46,740 nucleotides of DNA from NCBI GenBank assembly GCA_002774875.1, contig PCYM01000006.1:91095-137834 (forward strand). The letters are read 5' to 3'. Shown piece by piece: positions 25,125 to 33,749 of the stretch. Under the pieces are notes generated by a model. That model did no database searches and was not told where the DNA came from. It worked only from the letters and a program-made list of their open reading frames with translations. Made by a program: the position numbers and the translations under genes. Origin of the DNA: Candidatus Uhrbacteria bacterium CG10_big_fil_rev_8_21_14_0_10_50_16 (GTDB lineage Bacteria; Patescibacteriota; Patescibacteriia; UBA9934; UBA11717). Position 1 is the stretch's first letter. Each line of letters opens with the position of its first letter.

Positions 25125-25688
25125 ATGATCATGCGACTACGTGGAACCGTGCTGGATACGAATATCGATTGGATGTTGATCGATGTCCAAGGTGTTGGAT
25201 ATGCCGTGGGTGTATCGCTGTCCTTATCGGTGCGCTATCAACTGGGAGACGAGGTGACCATCTGGACGCACGAGGTGATTCGCGACGACGCACATCAACT
25301 ATTTGGCTTTGAAAGTCGCGATGCACTGGAACTGTTTTGGAAGTTGATCGCGGTGAACGGTGTAGGCCCAAAAGTCGCGCAAAAAATCTTGGGTGTGAGC
25401 ACGCCGGAGGAGGTGCGTCGCAACGTCATGGAGGGGTCGGTGGATTTTTTGACACGGATCCCGGGAGTGGGGAAGAAGACGGCGCAGAAGATTGTATTGG
25501 AGTTAAAGGGATCGCTTGTGATGGACGAGGATGCAACGGAGCAGACATCTACAAATCAAGAACTGATCGACGCGTTGATGAGTTTAGGCTATGCTACGCA
25601 GGAGGCGCGCAGTATGGCGAATGGTCTTCCGGAAGGGCTTGTGTCGATGGAAGAAAAGTTGAAGGCGGCTCTGACTATTTCTTTGTAG
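25125..25688 (+). CDS. ruvA: Holliday junction DNA helicase subunit RuvA
   Basis: MIMRLRGTVL...VGYAV...HQLFGFESRDALELFWKLIAVNGVGPKVAQKIL...IPGVGKKTAQKIVLELKG, with tandem HhH motifs. The ATG is 2 nt after the ileS stop. Confidence 0.9.
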   Translation: MIMRLRGTVLDTNIDWMLIDVQGVGYAVGVSLSLSVRYQLGDEVTIWTHEVIRDDAHQLFGFESRDALELFWKLIAVNGVGPKVAQKILGVSTPEEVRRNVMEGSVDFLTRIPGVGKKTAQKIVLELKGSLVMDEDATEQTSTNQELIDALMSLGYATQEARSMANGLPEGLVSMEEKLKAALTISL

Positions 25689-25774
25689 CGCACGATGCGA
25701 TAAAGGATGCGCATAAATGATCATAAACGACAGACAGCCTAATTGACTTGGATAGAGACCATACGGATTTATCA

Positions 25775-25811
25775 AAATAGCCGGCATTTGATTGATGCTG
25801 GCTATTTTGTT
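25775..25811 (+). terminator. Intrinsic terminator after ruvA
   Basis: Stem AAATAGCCGGCA/TGCTGGCTATTT (one G-U pair) followed by TGTTTG. Confidence 0.65.
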
Positions 25812-25951
25812 TGCGAGCTCCTATAGGGTGATTGATACAAGATCACGGGAATTTACAAATTGTCCAAACGTATCTCAGAGGGGTGGCGCGCCGCCATCTT
25901 TTTTTAAACATGTTATGATTGAGACAAGGCTGATGCGTTTTGCCTATTTGT

Positions 25952-26899
25952 ATGAAAACAATTAAAGAAAAAGGAGATTGGAACCTGTTTGTTATGGAAC
26001 ACGCACCCAGAAGTGGGGCGTTTTTGCAATCGTGGGAATGGGGAATGGTCAAACAGTTCCAGGGAATGACGGTGGATCGATACCAGGGAAACGAGGCACA
26101 ATGCCAACTTGTAACGATGTCACTTCCGTTTGGAAAACAGTATGGCTATATTGGACGGGGACCGCTCGGAATATCGCATGAAGCGGAACGGGATGTTGTA
26201 ACGCGCCTCAAACAGCTTCGAGAACAGGATGTATTTTTACGCGTGGATGCGTGTAGACCGATCGTTGGAAGACTAACAGGAGAGGTGCAGCCGGCTCATA
26301 CACTGATTACGCATGTGCACGCAGATGATCAAGCTCTGCTGGCGGAGATGCATACCAAAACACGGTACAATATCCGTCTTGCCGAGAGAAAGGGAGTAGA
26401 GGTGATCCTTGATGCTGGGGAAGAGGGATTTGAGGCGTTTATAGCGTTAACAGAGGCGACTTACAAGCGACACAAGATTCGATCACATGCCAAGGACCAT
26501 TATCGCGCGATTTTAGATTGTCTTAATGGAGAGGGGGATGCGCCTCGGGCGTTTATTGCCATGGCCAAGCTGGATGAGGAAGTGTTGGCGGCGAATTTGA
26601 TGATCGACTGGAACGGCACACGCACGTATTTACATGGCGCGTCGTCGGACAATAATAAGCAACTCATGGCTCCCTATTTGTTGCATTGGAAGTTGCTACA
26701 AAACGCGTCATTTAAAGAAACTTTTGCCTACGATTGGTGGGGTGTTGCGCCGGAGAGTGCTGTAGACCATCCGTGGGCGGGTGTGACGCGATTTAAACAG
26801 GGGTTTGGTGGTGAGATGGTAGAGATGCCGCAGACGGTAGATGTGGTGGTGAATCCGTTTTGGTACGGTGTCTACTCTTTGGTAAAACGGTTCAGATAA
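25952..26899 (+). CDS. FemAB-family peptidoglycan aminoacyltransferase (lipid II interpeptide-bridge type)
   Basis: FLQSWEWG...TRYNIRLAERKGV...YLHGASS...APYLLHW is the FemAB/FemX-type pattern. The first ATG was chosen; the track start is a TTG at 25940. Confidence 0.8.
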   Translation: MKTIKEKGDWNLFVMEHAPRSGAFLQSWEWGMVKQFQGMTVDRYQGNEAQCQLVTMSLPFGKQYGYIGRGPLGISHEAERDVVTRLKQLREQDVFLRVDACRPIVGRLTGEVQPAHTLITHVHADDQALLAEMHTKTRYNIRLAERKGVEVILDAGEEGFEAFIALTEATYKRHKIRSHAKDHYRAILDCLNGEGDAPRAFIAMAKLDEEVLAANLMIDWNGTRTYLHGASSDNNKQLMAPYLLHWKLLQNASFKETFAYDWWGVAPESAVDHPWAGVTRFKQGFGGEMVEMPQTVDVVVNPFWYGVYSLVKRFR

Positions 26900-26938
26900 A
26901 AAAGGCACGCCCGGCCGACAGATTCGTCGACCGGGCGT
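26898..26938 (-). terminator. GC-rich intrinsic terminator of cassette-1 ORF
   Basis: Stem ACGCCCGGTCGAC/GTCGGCCGGGCGT (one mismatch) followed by T6 on the minus strand. Confidence 0.7.
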
Positions 26939-26954
26939 ACGTTGATGTTGCGAA

Positions 26955-27278
26955 TCAGACGAGCGGCTCCTCCCCCCTGCTCTTTCGCATAGAGTTGATG
27001 ATCTCGCAGACGGCGGCTCGAGAGATACCGTGCCTGCGCACCAGGTTGATCCCGGTGTCCACGTACCTCCTGGTCCCCGCCGACGTTCCGTTGCTCGTCA
27101 CCACCAGAAAGCAGGTGAGTCCGAAGCTCGGCACCATCTTCCTCATGTACGGCATCGTCTGGATGTCACCCATGATCTTCACCTCGGTGATCTCGACGCC
27201 CCTCTTACCTCCTCCCCCTTTCAGGATGGTGTAGGTTCCACGATCTGCTTCCCTCGACCTCGACTGCGTGTGGCCCAT
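26955..27278 (-). CDS. High-GC orphan protein with a C-terminal helix-turn-helix-like segment (cassette 1)
   Basis: 107-aa ORF. Third codon positions are overwhelmingly G/C in this frame. The Shine-Dalgarno site GAAAGGGGGA is 6 nt upstream of the ATG. The C-terminus is GINLVRRHGISRAAVCEIINSM. Confidence 0.55.
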   Translation of the reverse strand: MGHTQSRSREADRGTYTILKGGGGKRGVEITEVKIMGDIQTMPYMRKMVPSFGLTCFLVVTSNGTSAGTRRYVDTGINLVRRHGISRAAVCEIINSMRKSRGEEPLV

Positions 27279-27301
27279 TGTGGGTCCCCCTTTCTGTGAT
27301 G

Positions 27302-27329
27302 GTTATATCAGTATACAACAAAAAGTCAA
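27302..27329 (-). promoter_or_regulatory. Candidate promoter of cassette-1 ORF (TTGACT-16 nt-TATAAC)
   Basis: The rc of 27324-27329 is TTGACT and the rc of 27302-27307 is TATAAC. It overlaps the neighbouring host terminator. Confidence 0.45.
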
Positions 27330-27351
27330 GACCCAGCTAGGCTGGGTCTTG
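27320..27351 (-). terminator. Intrinsic terminator of the envelope-locus operon
   Basis: Perfect 11-bp stem CAAGACCCAGC/GCTGGGTCTTG with a 3-nt loop, followed by ACTTTTTGTTG on the minus strand. Confidence 0.8.
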
Positions 27352-27353
27352 TG

Positions 27354-29318
27354 CTATTCTACAACGATTCCTTTATTCTCTGCGTGCGCGTCGTTTGCAA
27401 TCTCTGATGTGAGTGCCGGCGCGGTGGCACTAACGGTGGATCCTGTGGTGACATCGACGGCCGTTATAGAACTCACACCCAAGAGATCGAGAAAGGTGTT
27501 GAGGTCGGCGCTTGTTGGTTTAACATGCATGTCGAATATCGCGACAGGTGGCGGCGTACCTGTTGGCAGATTTCCAATGGCCCACCGTACGCGATTGCCT
27601 ACTGAGTCGTAGGTGACCGTTCCCTGTGTTACGGAGACAAGTCCTCCCCAGACGGAATCCGACGGAATTGCTGCAACCATTACCGCATCTTCTACGTCGT
27701 TAAGCGCATTTACGACGGTCCATGTTACGCGGTAGGACGTCTCCTCGCCCACCTGAGGGGGAAGGGGCCCGTACCCAATCGGCACACCTTGCGCGTTGTA
27801 ATACTGCGCGCTGGAACTTCCCGAGAGGTCTGAGGCAATGCGAATGGTGATAGGGCTCGAGACAATAGTTCGATTAATCTCTATGTCTCCCACTGTGGTA
27901 ACACGCGCCTCGGCGTGCAACTTGATTGTAGTGGCGCCCGTTTCGCGTGTTGGAATAGCAACGTCGATCGAAGCACTTTCTCCGCCGCGTAATGTCTCGA
28001 GCCGATTCATATCTCGCTTGTCCCAATTGATCTTATTGCCGTACACATCTCCATTTGGAATGCCGCTTCGATCTTCTAATCGCACGCGGTCTGTGCCTGC
28101 ATCAATAAACAGCTCGATAGTTAACGCTTCAGCTATTTCCTCTCCACGGTTATCCAACGAGACGTTGAGCGTGAGATCGTCGCCCGGGAGCAAGATACTG
28201 TTACCTGTCTGACCATTGGCAATGAGAGAAAGGGCGAAATCACTGGCGAGTACATGTGAGGTAAAAGTAGCCTCGCGTTGCGCAATAAATTGATCGTGTA
28301 GATGTACCCCGGCTGTGGCGGTGAGCGGCTGATCACCCTCGGCGTCGGAGGCGAATGTTCCCTTAAGGGTGAGCGTGTAAGGTTCCGTATTTATAAGTTC
28401 CGAAATGGTCCAGATGGAGATGCCTTCTATATCGGGTTTGGCGCTACTCTCGTTGGTATGAAATCCGTTTGGAAGGGCAAGTCGTAACTCAACGTTTGTT
28501 TGCGGTGTCTCTTCCGATTGTTCAACCACGACGGTATAGGTAACGGATTCTCCAGGAACAGCACGGTCTGGTCCCGTGATGGAGGTTTGGAAAATACTTT
28601 CTTCAATTAAGATACTTTCTGATTCGATATCCTCAAACGGCGAGCTGAAGTTTGCCGGCGCGTAGCGCGTAATCGTTTGAATTGTAATGGCCGTTCCGGG
28701 CGTCTCATAAAATGTACCGTGTAGTTCGATGGTTCCTTGTGCGTGTGGAGCAACAGAGCCAATGGCCCAGGTAAGAGGTGCTGTCTTGATCGGTTCTGGC
28801 GTTGCTTGCGCGAGCACAAAACTGTCTGGTACGTGCACCGTTACCTCGAGCTCCGCGATCGGCACGGAGCTTGGATTTGCGTAGGGGATTGTGATCACGG
28901 TTTCTCGACCCGAGACAATAGGCTCCTTGGATGTTGTAATGTCAAAGGTGAGAACCTGTGTTTGTCCTGCCCCAAAAGGGTTATTCAGCAACAACGCACC
29001 GGTAATACCAGCTCCAATGGCAATAAGAAGGAGAAGGGTGGCGATAAGGATCCTGCGTACAAAAGGCTGTTTGACGATGTCCAATTTTGACATGTCCATA
29101 AGGTCTTTTTCCTCTGGGTCCAGTGCGTAGATGGTTCGCAACTCATGCTCGACGTTGCGAGGTTCCACGGCATCTTCTTCCGTGTGTGTGCGTCCTTTAT
29201 GCGCGTGCGTGTGTGATGTGTGGTGTTCTGCTGTATGTAAAACAGGCGAAGCAGTTTTGTGTTCTGTGTGCTTCTTGGAGTGTTTCTTATTTTTCTTGTG
29301 CGATGATTCGTGACGCAT
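27354..29318 (-). CDS. Membrane-anchored surface protein with a His-rich cytoplasmic tail and repeated Ig-like (DUF11/CARDB-like) modules
   Basis: 654-aa ORF. The N-terminal 60 aa carry many His residues (HKKNKKHSKKHTEHK...HTAEHHTSHTHAHKGRTH). A single TM (ILIATLLLLIAIGAGITGALLL) is followed by beta-rich repeats such as VTVHVPDSFVLAQATPEP...WAIGSVAPHAQGTIELHGTF. Confidence 0.65.
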   Translation of the reverse strand: MRHESSHKKNKKHSKKHTEHKTASPVLHTAEHHTSHTHAHKGRTHTEEDAVEPRNVEHELRTIYALDPEEKDLMDMSKLDIVKQPFVRRILIATLLLLIAIGAGITGALLLNNPFGAGQTQVLTFDITTSKEPIVSGRETVITIPYANPSSVPIAELEVTVHVPDSFVLAQATPEPIKTAPLTWAIGSVAPHAQGTIELHGTFYETPGTAITIQTITRYAPANFSSPFEDIESESILIEESIFQTSITGPDRAVPGESVTYTVVVEQSEETPQTNVELRLALPNGFHTNESSAKPDIEGISIWTISELINTEPYTLTLKGTFASDAEGDQPLTATAGVHLHDQFIAQREATFTSHVLASDFALSLIANGQTGNSILLPGDDLTLNVSLDNRGEEIAEALTIELFIDAGTDRVRLEDRSGIPNGDVYGNKINWDKRDMNRLETLRGGESASIDVAIPTRETGATTIKLHAEARVTTVGDIEINRTIVSSPITIRIASDLSGSSSAQYYNAQGVPIGYGPLPPQVGEETSYRVTWTVVNALNDVEDAVMVAAIPSDSVWGGLVSVTQGTVTYDSVGNRVRWAIGNLPTGTPPPVAIFDMHVKPTSADLNTFLDLLGVSSITAVDVTTGSTVSATAPALTSEIANDAHAENKGIVVE

Positions 29319-29320
29319 AG

Positions 29321-31888
29321 CTATTTTCGTTCGAGCACCATGCCAAAGAATCCATCTGTGTTTGTAGGGAGATCCATTTGCGTGACGTTGTCGTCCGTGG
29401 ACCAGAGGGGACGGAAGGGTATGCCGGGATCAAAGGAATAGTGTGTGATGCGCGAACTCACACCTGGCTGTTTTTGGAAGAGGATGCTGTGTCGGACGGT
29501 TTCTGGAATTCCCACAAATCGTTTTGCGGAGGATAGGAAGTCCTGTTGTGGTTCGTCCAAAATATCCTCGGGCAATAGATAGCGGAAGCTGAGAGAGGAC
29601 GTTGTGCCTGGTCGCGTCTGAATCCAATGACCGAAGCTTGTTTTCCCAAAACTTTCGGCGATGTAGGCTCCTGTATTTGCGTCCACGGAGCTTTTTTCTA
29701 CGCGCACTAAGTCTTGATCCTCTGTAAGACCTTCTGTGGATTCAAACAAACGTGTGTCTGGCGGTTGTGCGCCGGTTACACTCAACAGAGTACTGCCGCG
29801 AGGAACAAAGATCCGGGTAAAACTCACGTTGTTGAGCCCAGAAAACGTGGAGCTTTTAAGACCGTGGTGCGTGCGCTCAATCGTTACTAAGTTCTCAATA
29901 CGACCATCGTCGCGCACGGTACTCTCCACACTGATCGCATCATCAATCACCCCATCCGTCTTACCACCGCCAACATTTGTATGGCTTACCATGAGGTAAT
30001 CTCCTGTGTTTCCAAGGATCGCTCCATCCCATCCAAGTGTTGTGATGGCCTTTTGAATCTCGAAATCGCTGTGATACATCTGAATGTCTCGGTCGTTAAG
30101 ACCGGCACTCATAATCTCGGCTACATGCAAAAAATCTTCGCCGCGACTCTCAAGAATGTGTTGCATGAGCACGGGCGCCAAGTCTCCAATAAAGGATTTT
30201 GGTTGATTTGCAACTTGATCGTAATCTAACTCCACCTGTTTTTGCGTGCGGAACAAGAACGTCTCTCCGTCAACGGCTATGTTATAGGCAGGCATGTTAA
30301 TCTCGCCCGTTGCATCTATAAGATCTGCAACAAGACTCGCGTTAACGGCAATCACACCGTCTACCGTTGGACCGCCGCTTTGCTCATAAAACCACATGGC
30401 CTTTTGTGCACTGGTAGGGAAGTCGGGGAACCAGTTAGCGTCCTGGAGCTCCCATTGTGCGCGCAAGAGTTGAAGCGGCTCAGGCGCGGCTACATGTTTG
30501 AGGAGCTGACCTTGGACGTCGTAGGTTCCACCGCCGGGGATGGTGATTTGATCTAATTTACCGTCTAAGATGTCGATCTCTGCAAAGGACCCCCAAAAGC
30601 CACCCGTTGGTCGGAGCTCGGTATTGTTTTGAAAAAGCACGAGGTAACGTTGACGGTGCTTGTCACCCAATAGGGTGGCGATGGCGTTCGATGAATCGTG
30701 AAACGTTTGCAAAGACTGTGCGGTTCCTGAGATGAGCTGTTGAATATCACGCACGGTGCCGCGATGTTCTGCGGGGACAGAGGTGATTTTGATTGAGTTA
30801 AGGGTATCGTTTGCTTCCCAAAGATCTGGGAGCGCATCTTCTGCATAGACATCAAACAGTCCCACAGCTGCCGCGGGGCTTTCTGTAGTTCGATTGGCAA
30901 CAGCCTGCATTCCGTTGCTAAGCGTGGCAGCGGACCGAGAAAGAGACTCGCCAGCCGAGAGCATACGTTGTGCGAGTTTAATCTCTCCTCCTGTGGAAGG
31001 GAGCATGTCGGCAATTCCGAAGAGCTGCGTTTCTGCGTGGCTCAATTCTTTCTGTGCCTGTTCAAGAGAATCGGCTGCTTGAGAAAAGGAGACGGCCGCA
31101 CCCTGAAAATCTTGATCTGCCGTGGCAGATGCACCGCTTCCGATTGCCTCTACTGCCGCAAGACCACGCGCAACGATTGATCCCTGCGTATTCTCCACGG
31201 TGTGAATGGTGGTAACGGCGTGAATTGGCAACACAACAGCAAAGGAAAGGCCCACAAACACCGCAAGAGTCTTGGTCCATCCAACCGGCAATATACGACG
31301 TGTGGTTTGTTTGGCCTTGCGAGTTTTTGAGGCTCGTGCGGCAGGCTCGGCGGGGAGGTCGGCAAGCGCTTCCGCGAGAGCAATGTCGTCGATCAACTCG
31401 TCAAATGTAACAAGCGGTTCCTGCCCAATAAGTTCTACCTCTATGGGCTGGTCTGACTCGGCGTCTGTAAAATATTCAAATTGCTGAATCAAATCGTCTA
31501 CCGCGATGTCGGTAACGGGCGCAGCATTAAACGTACGAGGCGCGTGGGAGGGGAGAGACACAATCGCAGATTCACCGACCTGTGTAAGCGCCTCAGATGT
31601 GTGCATGATTAAGTGACCGGTTGTGTCCTGCGCAATTTCGGGCTTTAGCGATTGCGCGGTGAGGAGGTTGGACCCCACAATGGCTGGTGCGTCCTCTGAT
31701 TCCTCGAGCTCAAGCCTGATTACATATTCGGACGTTGGATGTGAGACGTTGGTTGTAATAACGGGGTATTGCACAGCGCCTGTCTCCAAAACAGAAAGAA
31801 CCTGCTCGTCTTGCACGGTTGGGTCTTCAAAATAGGTGTGGGCGATCGGATTCAGTGATGGATACGATCGGGGAGTCTGTTTTGGCAT
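29321..31888 (-). CDS. DUF4012-like envelope protein
   Basis: The core motif RYLVLFQNNTELRPTGGFWGSFAEI is, as I recall the family signature, typical of DUF4012. An acidic N-terminal region is followed by a TM (LAVFVGLSFAVVLPIHAV). The start was trimmed to the ATG at 31888, 14 nt after the upstream stop. Confidence 0.75.
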   Translation of the reverse strand: MPKQTPRSYPSLNPIAHTYFEDPTVQDEQVLSVLETGAVQYPVITTNVSHPTSEYVIRLELEESEDAPAIVGSNLLTAQSLKPEIAQDTTGHLIMHTSEALTQVGESAIVSLPSHAPRTFNAAPVTDIAVDDLIQQFEYFTDAESDQPIEVELIGQEPLVTFDELIDDIALAEALADLPAEPAARASKTRKAKQTTRRILPVGWTKTLAVFVGLSFAVVLPIHAVTTIHTVENTQGSIVARGLAAVEAIGSGASATADQDFQGAAVSFSQAADSLEQAQKELSHAETQLFGIADMLPSTGGEIKLAQRMLSAGESLSRSAATLSNGMQAVANRTTESPAAAVGLFDVYAEDALPDLWEANDTLNSIKITSVPAEHRGTVRDIQQLISGTAQSLQTFHDSSNAIATLLGDKHRQRYLVLFQNNTELRPTGGFWGSFAEIDILDGKLDQITIPGGGTYDVQGQLLKHVAAPEPLQLLRAQWELQDANWFPDFPTSAQKAMWFYEQSGGPTVDGVIAVNASLVADLIDATGEINMPAYNIAVDGETFLFRTQKQVELDYDQVANQPKSFIGDLAPVLMQHILESRGEDFLHVAEIMSAGLNDRDIQMYHSDFEIQKAITTLGWDGAILGNTGDYLMVSHTNVGGGKTDGVIDDAISVESTVRDDGRIENLVTIERTHHGLKSSTFSGLNNVSFTRIFVPRGSTLLSVTGAQPPDTRLFESTEGLTEDQDLVRVEKSSVDANTGAYIAESFGKTSFGHWIQTRPGTTSSLSFRYLLPEDILDEPQQDFLSSAKRFVGIPETVRHSILFQKQPGVSSRITHYSFDPGIPFRPLWSTDDNVTQMDLPTNTDGFFGMVLERK

Positions 31889-31902
31889 GTGGATCTGTGT
31901 TT

Positions 31903-33063
31903 TCAGGATCTTGAGATGGTGTAGAGATCCATAAGGGCGCGAGCGTGATCGTCCCAAGAATATTTCTTGAGCACGTCATGACTGGCACTGAGAACGCGAA
32001 TGCGCTCTTGCTTGTTTGTGAGCAATGTCTCCATGGCTGCAAACAAATCTTCGATATCGTTTGGATCAAAATAGGTGGCTGCCGGTCCCAAGATTTCTGG
32101 GATCGAACTTGCACGAGACGCTGCTACAGGTGTTCCGTGACTCAGTGCCTCCAGGGGAGGGATGCCGAATCCTTCGAGTTTTGAAGGGATCACGTACACG
32201 CTCGCCTGCGAATACAGGTTGGAGAGCATGGTGTCGTCGACAAAACCGAGAAAATGCACACGGTTGCTTGGAATCTCTATTTCTCGTGCCTCGGCTTCTA
32301 ATTGTTGCGTAAAGGAGTTGCGAGGTCCAACGAGGACGAGATGCGCTTCGGGGTGTTCCTTCACAAAAAAGCTAAACGCATGGAGTAGCGTTTCGATATT
32401 TTTATGAGGATACGGGTTGCCGACGTTGAGAAAAAACGGTGTTTGAACGCCTGGCGGTAATGGCAAGGAGCGCGCGGTCTGTTTGTTTTGTTTTTGCGCT
32501 AAGATTGCTGCGCTTTCAACACCATTATACACCACATGTACCCGGTCTGGGGAGATGTTTAACCTGTGGATGATTTGTCCTTTTGCATAATCGCTCACCG
32601 TGATGATGTTGCGCGCGTGTTGTGCAATGTGGGCGAGGATTTTTTGTTGCCCGAACTGTTTAAGTTGATACTTCCACGGGGCAAGGGTGGTGGCTCTGGA
32701 CGCCCACGTTTGATCGAGCATGATGAGGTCATGAATCGTACACACGAAAGGTGTTTTTGCACGTAAGGGAACGTTAAAGTGGGGGTAATGGATGAGGTCC
32801 AACTTCTGTTTGTAGATGATCCGTGGCATGTAGAGCTGCTCGGCGAGGGAATACCAGGGAATGTCGGCCACGACCTTTGTCCAACGGGATTTGAGTGCCG
32901 GAGGAATGGCACAATCGTCAAAATTTGCTCGACGCAAAAAAAGCACATACTCGTTTTCTGTGTCGAGTTGTTGCAAATGCGTGACGATTTCTTCTACGTA
33001 GCGCCCAACGCCCGCTCCTCCTATTTTTGGCCCGTACATCCGGGCGTCGATTCCTATTCGCAT
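31903..33063 (-). CDS. Glycosyltransferase, GT4 (group 1) family
   Basis: MRIGIDARMYG...GGAGVGRY... with the C-terminal segment PSKLEGFGIPPLEALSHGTPVAAS (E-x7-E region). Confidence 0.85.
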   Translation of the reverse strand: MRIGIDARMYGPKIGGAGVGRYVEEIVTHLQQLDTENEYVLFLRRANFDDCAIPPALKSRWTKVVADIPWYSLAEQLYMPRIIYKQKLDLIHYPHFNVPLRAKTPFVCTIHDLIMLDQTWASRATTLAPWKYQLKQFGQQKILAHIAQHARNIITVSDYAKGQIIHRLNISPDRVHVVYNGVESAAILAQKQNKQTARSLPLPPGVQTPFFLNVGNPYPHKNIETLLHAFSFFVKEHPEAHLVLVGPRNSFTQQLEAEAREIEIPSNRVHFLGFVDDTMLSNLYSQASVYVIPSKLEGFGIPPLEALSHGTPVAASRASSIPEILGPAATYFDPNDIEDLFAAMETLLTNKQERIRVLSASHDVLKKYSWDDHARALMDLYTISRS

Positions 33064-33069
33064 ACATTT

Positions 33070-33078
33070 AGTATAGCA
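33070..33078 (-). promoter_or_regulatory. Extended -10 promoter (TGCTATACT) 6 nt upstream of the GT4 ATG at 33063
   Basis: The rc of agtatagca is TGCTATACT. The same 12-mer, AGTATAGCATGG, recurs upstream of trpS at 39785-39796. Confidence 0.5.
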
Positions 33079-33100
33079 TGGAGGGGAAAGGAGGTGCGTG

Positions 33101-33334
33101 ATGAACGACGTACCCACGTGTCAGGTTGAGTTGGTGAGTGTGGTGATGCATAAGGAATCGTCACCCGAGGAACAGAAGTTCCGGACGGCGCGGTTCCGCA
33201 TCCGCGTGAAGGATTCTAACGGACGTCTACGTACGCGCGTTGGAGGCTACAACAAGTTGGTCGCGGCCTTTGGTCCGAGCGTCGCCTCGCCCATCAAGGC
33301 CGCCTGGTCGGACTACGTCTACACGAACGCATGA
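33101..33334 (+). CDS. High-GC orphan small protein (cassette 2, ORF a)
   Basis: 77 aa, MNDVPTCQVELVSVVMHKESSPEEQKFRTARFRIRVKD.... The Shine-Dalgarno site GAAAGGAGGTG ends 4 nt upstream of the ATG. It lies opposite to the surrounding GT operon. Confidence 0.45.
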   Translation: MNDVPTCQVELVSVVMHKESSPEEQKFRTARFRIRVKDSNGRLRTRVGGYNKLVAAFGPSVASPIKAAWSDYVYTNA

Positions 33335-33415
33335 ACCGCTCTATCTCTGGGGCGGCTCAATTATTTTATAAAAAGGGGGTCAGGTACTTCCTTCTAACAT
33401 TCCTCCCCACATCCT

Positions 33416-33444
33416 TGACAAAGTGCCGATTTTATGGTATTTAG
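33416..33444 (+). promoter_or_regulatory. Candidate promoter (TTGACA-17 nt-TATTTA) for cassette-2 ORF b
   Basis: Consensus -35 at 33416-21, 17-nt spacer, -10 at 33439-44. Confidence 0.5.
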
Positions 33445-33496
33445 GGCGTGTCATAAAGACCGCTACCGCCGTAAGCGGCAACCATTCGGAGGAGTA

Positions 33497-33700
33497 ATGG
33501 CTCGATTGGAAAGCCCGTATTGGGATGAGCGACTTGGGGTGTGCGAGAAGCACTACCTGCCGTCTGTCCCGTGCCCGGCCTGCCTCGCAGATCGGGACGA
33601 GGACGTGGTAGTCGTGCTCGACGAGCTCGAGCGTGGGGGATGGGTCCTCTACGATGAACTCGCCATCCCGAAGGGGTTCGAGAACCACAACCGGCGGTAG
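33497..33700 (+). CDS. High-GC orphan small protein with a zinc-ribbon-like CxxH...CxxC motif (cassette 2, ORF b)
   Basis: 67 aa, MARLESPYWDERLGVCEKHYLPSVPCPACLADRDEDVVVVLDELERGGW.... The Shine-Dalgarno site GGAGGAG is 2 nt upstream of the ATG. The track start at 33434 was trimmed. Confidence 0.5.
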   Translation: MARLESPYWDERLGVCEKHYLPSVPCPACLADRDEDVVVVLDELERGGWVLYDELAIPKGFENHNRR

Positions 33701-33749
33701 CGCAACGTGCCGCCCAGCAAGAACCATCCACTTCGAAAGGAGGTGGCGG

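Noticed and set aside
25884-25905. Terminator-like hairpin (TGGCG-CGC-CGCCA plus a T-run) just upstream of the femAB-family gene promoter, suggesting a 90-nt sRNA between it and the ruvA terminator
   Set aside because: The stem is only 5 bp with a 3-nt loop. I could not find a convincing promoter for the interval. It is kept only as a note.
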